A DNA stretch of 63,999 nt, the filler included, from Octopus bimaculoides (lineage: Eukaryota), in the NCBI RefSeq assembly GCF_001194135.2. It is 6 parts of 6 records of this genome, joined end to end, with 100 filler letters (N's around TTAATTAATTAA, not from the genome) between each part and the next. Parts side by side here need not be neighbours in the genome. Positions count along the whole stretch, not along the records: positions 36,683 to 51,876 come from NC_068997.1; positions 51,977 to 57,014 come from NC_068981.1; positions 57,115 to 62,753 come from NC_068985.1; positions 62,854 to 63,999 come from NW_026359197.1; 2 more parts are not named here. One strand, given 5' to 3'. Below, piece by piece: positions 37,852-63,999 of the stretch; position 1 is the stretch's first letter, and each line of letters starts with the position of its first letter. Position numbers and translations under genes: made by a program. The notes under the pieces were generated by a model, which was not told the DNA's origin, did no database searches, and was given only the letters and a program-made list of their open reading frames with translations.

Positions 37852-39256
37852 TGGTTGTGAGATTTAAAAATAGTAATTTTCTAATCCTCTTCAGTTGTTC
37901 CCATATCTGTTAGGCCCCTGAAGCAAGGTAATAAATAAGAAAAGAAAGTCAAGCTGACCGTACGCAACTCTTCCTCACTTTAATCAAACTCGTCGCGCAA
38001 GTCATCAGTCATTCCTCTACCTATCACTCGTGTACGGCGATATCTTTTTTTTTTTATGTTTTACTTGTTTCAGTCATTAGACTGTCGCCATGCTGTGGCA
38101 CCACCTAGATGAATTTTAGTCAAACGGGTCGACCCTAGTACTTAATTTTTTAAAGCCGGGTAACTTATTCTATCAGTATCTCTTGCCGAATGGCTAAGAT
38201 ATAAGGGCTGTGAACACACCAACACCGGTTCCCTTGTACCCACGTAGGACAAACACTCCCAAAAATAAACATTGCCAACCTGAAACTCAGTTGAAGGCCC
38301 AGGATCAAGTATCAGCTTTAAATTCAGTGGCGTATTTGAATCTTTAACTTAAAAACCAATATCTTCGCAACGACCAGACGATTGTGTTAAATCAAAGGAC
38401 TTTTTAGCGTCAATATGCGCAGAAAATGCGGAAGTGAATTCTTTGAAGTTGAAATTTAAGTATTGGAATATGGCAGACGTTGTTTTTCGTTTTGTCTTTA
38501 ATTTATTTGATAAGTAATGGAACCGACAATGCCGTTTTATTGAATTTTTTTTGTGTGAAAATTGTTGCACGTGTGTGTGCGTGCGTTCGTGTGCATGCGT
38601 GTGTGTGTGTGTGCGTTCGTGTGCATGCATGTGTGTGCGTGTGTGTGCTTGTATATGTGTGTGCATGCGCGTGTGTGTGTGTGTGCGTGTGTGCGCGCGC
38701 GCATGATCGAAAGAGAGATACAGACATGTAAAGAAACACACACAGGCACTCACACACACACATACACATGTATAAATGAATAGAGAGACAGAGAAAGAGA
38801 GAGCGAGAGAGAGGGAAAGGGTGAGAGAGAGAGAGAGAGAGATGAAGTAAAAAGGGAAAGAAGATAGATAGATAGATAGAAAGCGAGAGTAAGAGAGTAA
38901 TAATTAAGAGTAAAATAAATTTGTTAGCAATTGGTGTAAATTTAGTGGCAAAATGGTTTTGCTTATTTCAGGAGATAAATTAGGTAAAACGAGGATTGTA
39001 TTAATTTCAAAATTTACTAATTACCCAAAACTACTAATCGCACTAACAAACCATATACTTAACTCTAAATCAACGAATATCATTAAGCAATGTTTATCTT
39101 CTTCTGATGAGGGGCTTTTACCAAACATTTCTATTATTTCGGTTCCAGGTTTTTGATACGAGCAAAGAAATTAAGCAATCTGCCTTAAACGTTTGTACTC
39201 TCATTCAACTAAATCACACTTAGTAGTCAATAGAAATTAGCTTCGAGTCGTTGTTC

Positions 39257-39315
<59 letters not shown>

Positions 39316-40018
39316 GTTATTATTATTATTATCATCATTGCTGAATGAGAGAGCGGCACGTGCCATCAAAGTAACGTGGGTTATAGATATATGAAGCCCA
39401 ATATACCCATCACGACTACCCGTCATATGTGCGCGAATGGTGATCTCATATCAAGATAAATAGCGCATGATATTTCAGGTGGGGCCCAGTTAGAATTTTC
39501 TTCAGGTCGAGTATCCCATCCTACCATCCCACTCAAAATGTTCTTGGATTAGGGCTGTTTAGGGATGATAAATGAAACACCCATGTTTTGAGAGNNNNNN
39601 NNNNNNNNNNNNNNNNNNNNNNNNNNNNNNNNNNNNNNNNNNNNNNNNNNNNNNNNNNNNNNNNNNNNNNNNNNNNNNNNNNNNNNNNNNNNNNNNNNNN
39701 NNNNNNNNNNNNNNNNNNNNNNNNNNNNNNNNNNNNNNNNNNNACACGCTCAAGTAGTTAAGCTCGAGATAAAAACGTAGATTATTGGTGGAACTAAAAG
39801 GTTAAAACAGCCACCAAGTTTAAGCGCAACTGGGCAGGTATTATATGGAACCAATATAAAATATATGCCCTGCTGTGGAACTCAGCTGCTCTGCGGAGGC
39901 CAATGTGGACAGAAAGATACAGGAGAAAGATGGCATCTATGGACCATTGGTAAGGTATTTGCAAATCCAGAACCGAAGATACACTTTCAGCTTCATACTT
40001 ATTATTGAAGCAACAGAA

Positions 40019-40051
<33 letters not shown>

Positions 40052-41280
40052 CATCATTATTATTACTATTATTATTGAAGCAACAGAATATATACCAACT
40101 CGTCTTGAGTAAAATATGGCTGAACTTTTACTTTATGAGGTTGAACTGGATTACTGAGGAGAGAATGCAACTCTTTAATATAAATACGCTAGATAAATAT
40201 ATAATTCACATTAAACAACAATTGGTAACCTTGGTTTTATGTGTAAACGCCTGAGTGACAACCTCGACATTCTAAGGTGTAACAGAAACAGTAAACGTAT
40301 TGAAGTATTTTGATAAGTTTAAAATGTGGCATCGAATTTGTTATCTGCAATTGAACGATGAAGTTTTGATTCTTCGTTAGAAATCAACTGTTTCCTTACA
40401 GGAAGTTTTTAATTATTAAAACCAGAAGAGAGAGAAAAAAACACATTCATAAATACATACTTACACTCATATCTACTTACATACATCGACACACGCGTAT
40501 GAACATGCTGGTTATGTATGCATGTAAATAAATAAATAAATGAATAAATAAATATATAGGTGTAGGAGTGGCTGTGTGGTAAGACGGTTGCTACCCAACC
40601 ACATGGTTCTGGGTTGAGCCCCACTGCATGGCACCTTGGGCAAGTGTCTTTTACTGTAGCCTCGATTCGACCAAAGCCTTGTGAATGGATTTGTTAGACA
40701 GACACTGGAAGGAGCTCTTCTTATATATATACATGTCTGTGTGTGTGTGTGTATGTATGTGTGTACATACATATTTACATACATATATACATAGTTATAA
40801 CCATTTATCCATCCATCCATCCATCCTTACATACATAATACATATACGTATACATACTCATGTATACGTATATATATATNNNNNNNNNNTACATACATAT
40901 ATATATATTAGTAATGTTTTAATGCTTCAATATCTATGTTGACAATTATGTTCGACGTTAAATGTCTGCCTGTGAGCCGGGAACAATATGGCCGAATGTT
41001 TACGAAGATTTCCGAACCATTTATCAGATAGTCGTTACAACATAGACAAAAGGTCAGCAGTTACTGTTGGAATTTCTGCTGTGACACTCTTAGACTCTGT
41101 TGCCAGACAATTTCGAAAGCACATAATCATCTAACCTTAATTCTTCCTGTGTATTTATTTATTTTTACTTTTTTTTCGAGATTTTTTTTCCTGTTGGTAA
41201 ATGCAATAATTATTTATGCTCCAAACTAATTCTATAATCTGCTTTGAGTTACTTTCCATTGTGGTTCTATTGTTACTGTT

Positions 41281-41312
<32 letters not shown>

Positions 41313-41399
41313 ATCTGTGTGTATGTTGGGGGAAGGGAGGGTTGTTCTTGATGTTGATATTGTTGTTGTAGATAATTCTTTGTCCGTCTATTGCCCTCG

Positions 41400-63999
<22,600 letters not shown>

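Overview
Eukaryotic draft-assembly window with many N gaps, dense microsatellites and SINEs. The repeat content looks like an octopus-type cephalopod genome (inference, not checked). The left 25 kb holds 16 minus-strand exons of an ABCC5/MRP5-like ABC exporter that splice in one continuous frame through canonical GT-AG sites. They cover NBD1 after Walker A, the linker, TMD2 and NBD2. The last exon lies left of the window. TMD1 and the NBD1 Walker A exon were not found and probably fall in the unsized placeholder gap at 27123-27222. A candidate ATG exon and promoter-like region lie just beyond it (27483-27900), about where CpG decay of repeats appears to stop. The introns carry RTE LINE relics, R4/Dong-like relics at (TAA)n, a DD36E Tc1 relic, mariner relics, several tRNA-derived SINE families, a 5S rRNA fragment and long foldback elements. 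The most unusual signals are two hammerhead-ribozyme-like motifs on the gene's sense strand, one at the apex of a ~420-nt foldback element and one in the tail of a tRNA-headed SINE with a Penelope-like inverted end. The 28-64 kb region is mostly repeats and gaps with no supportable coding gene.
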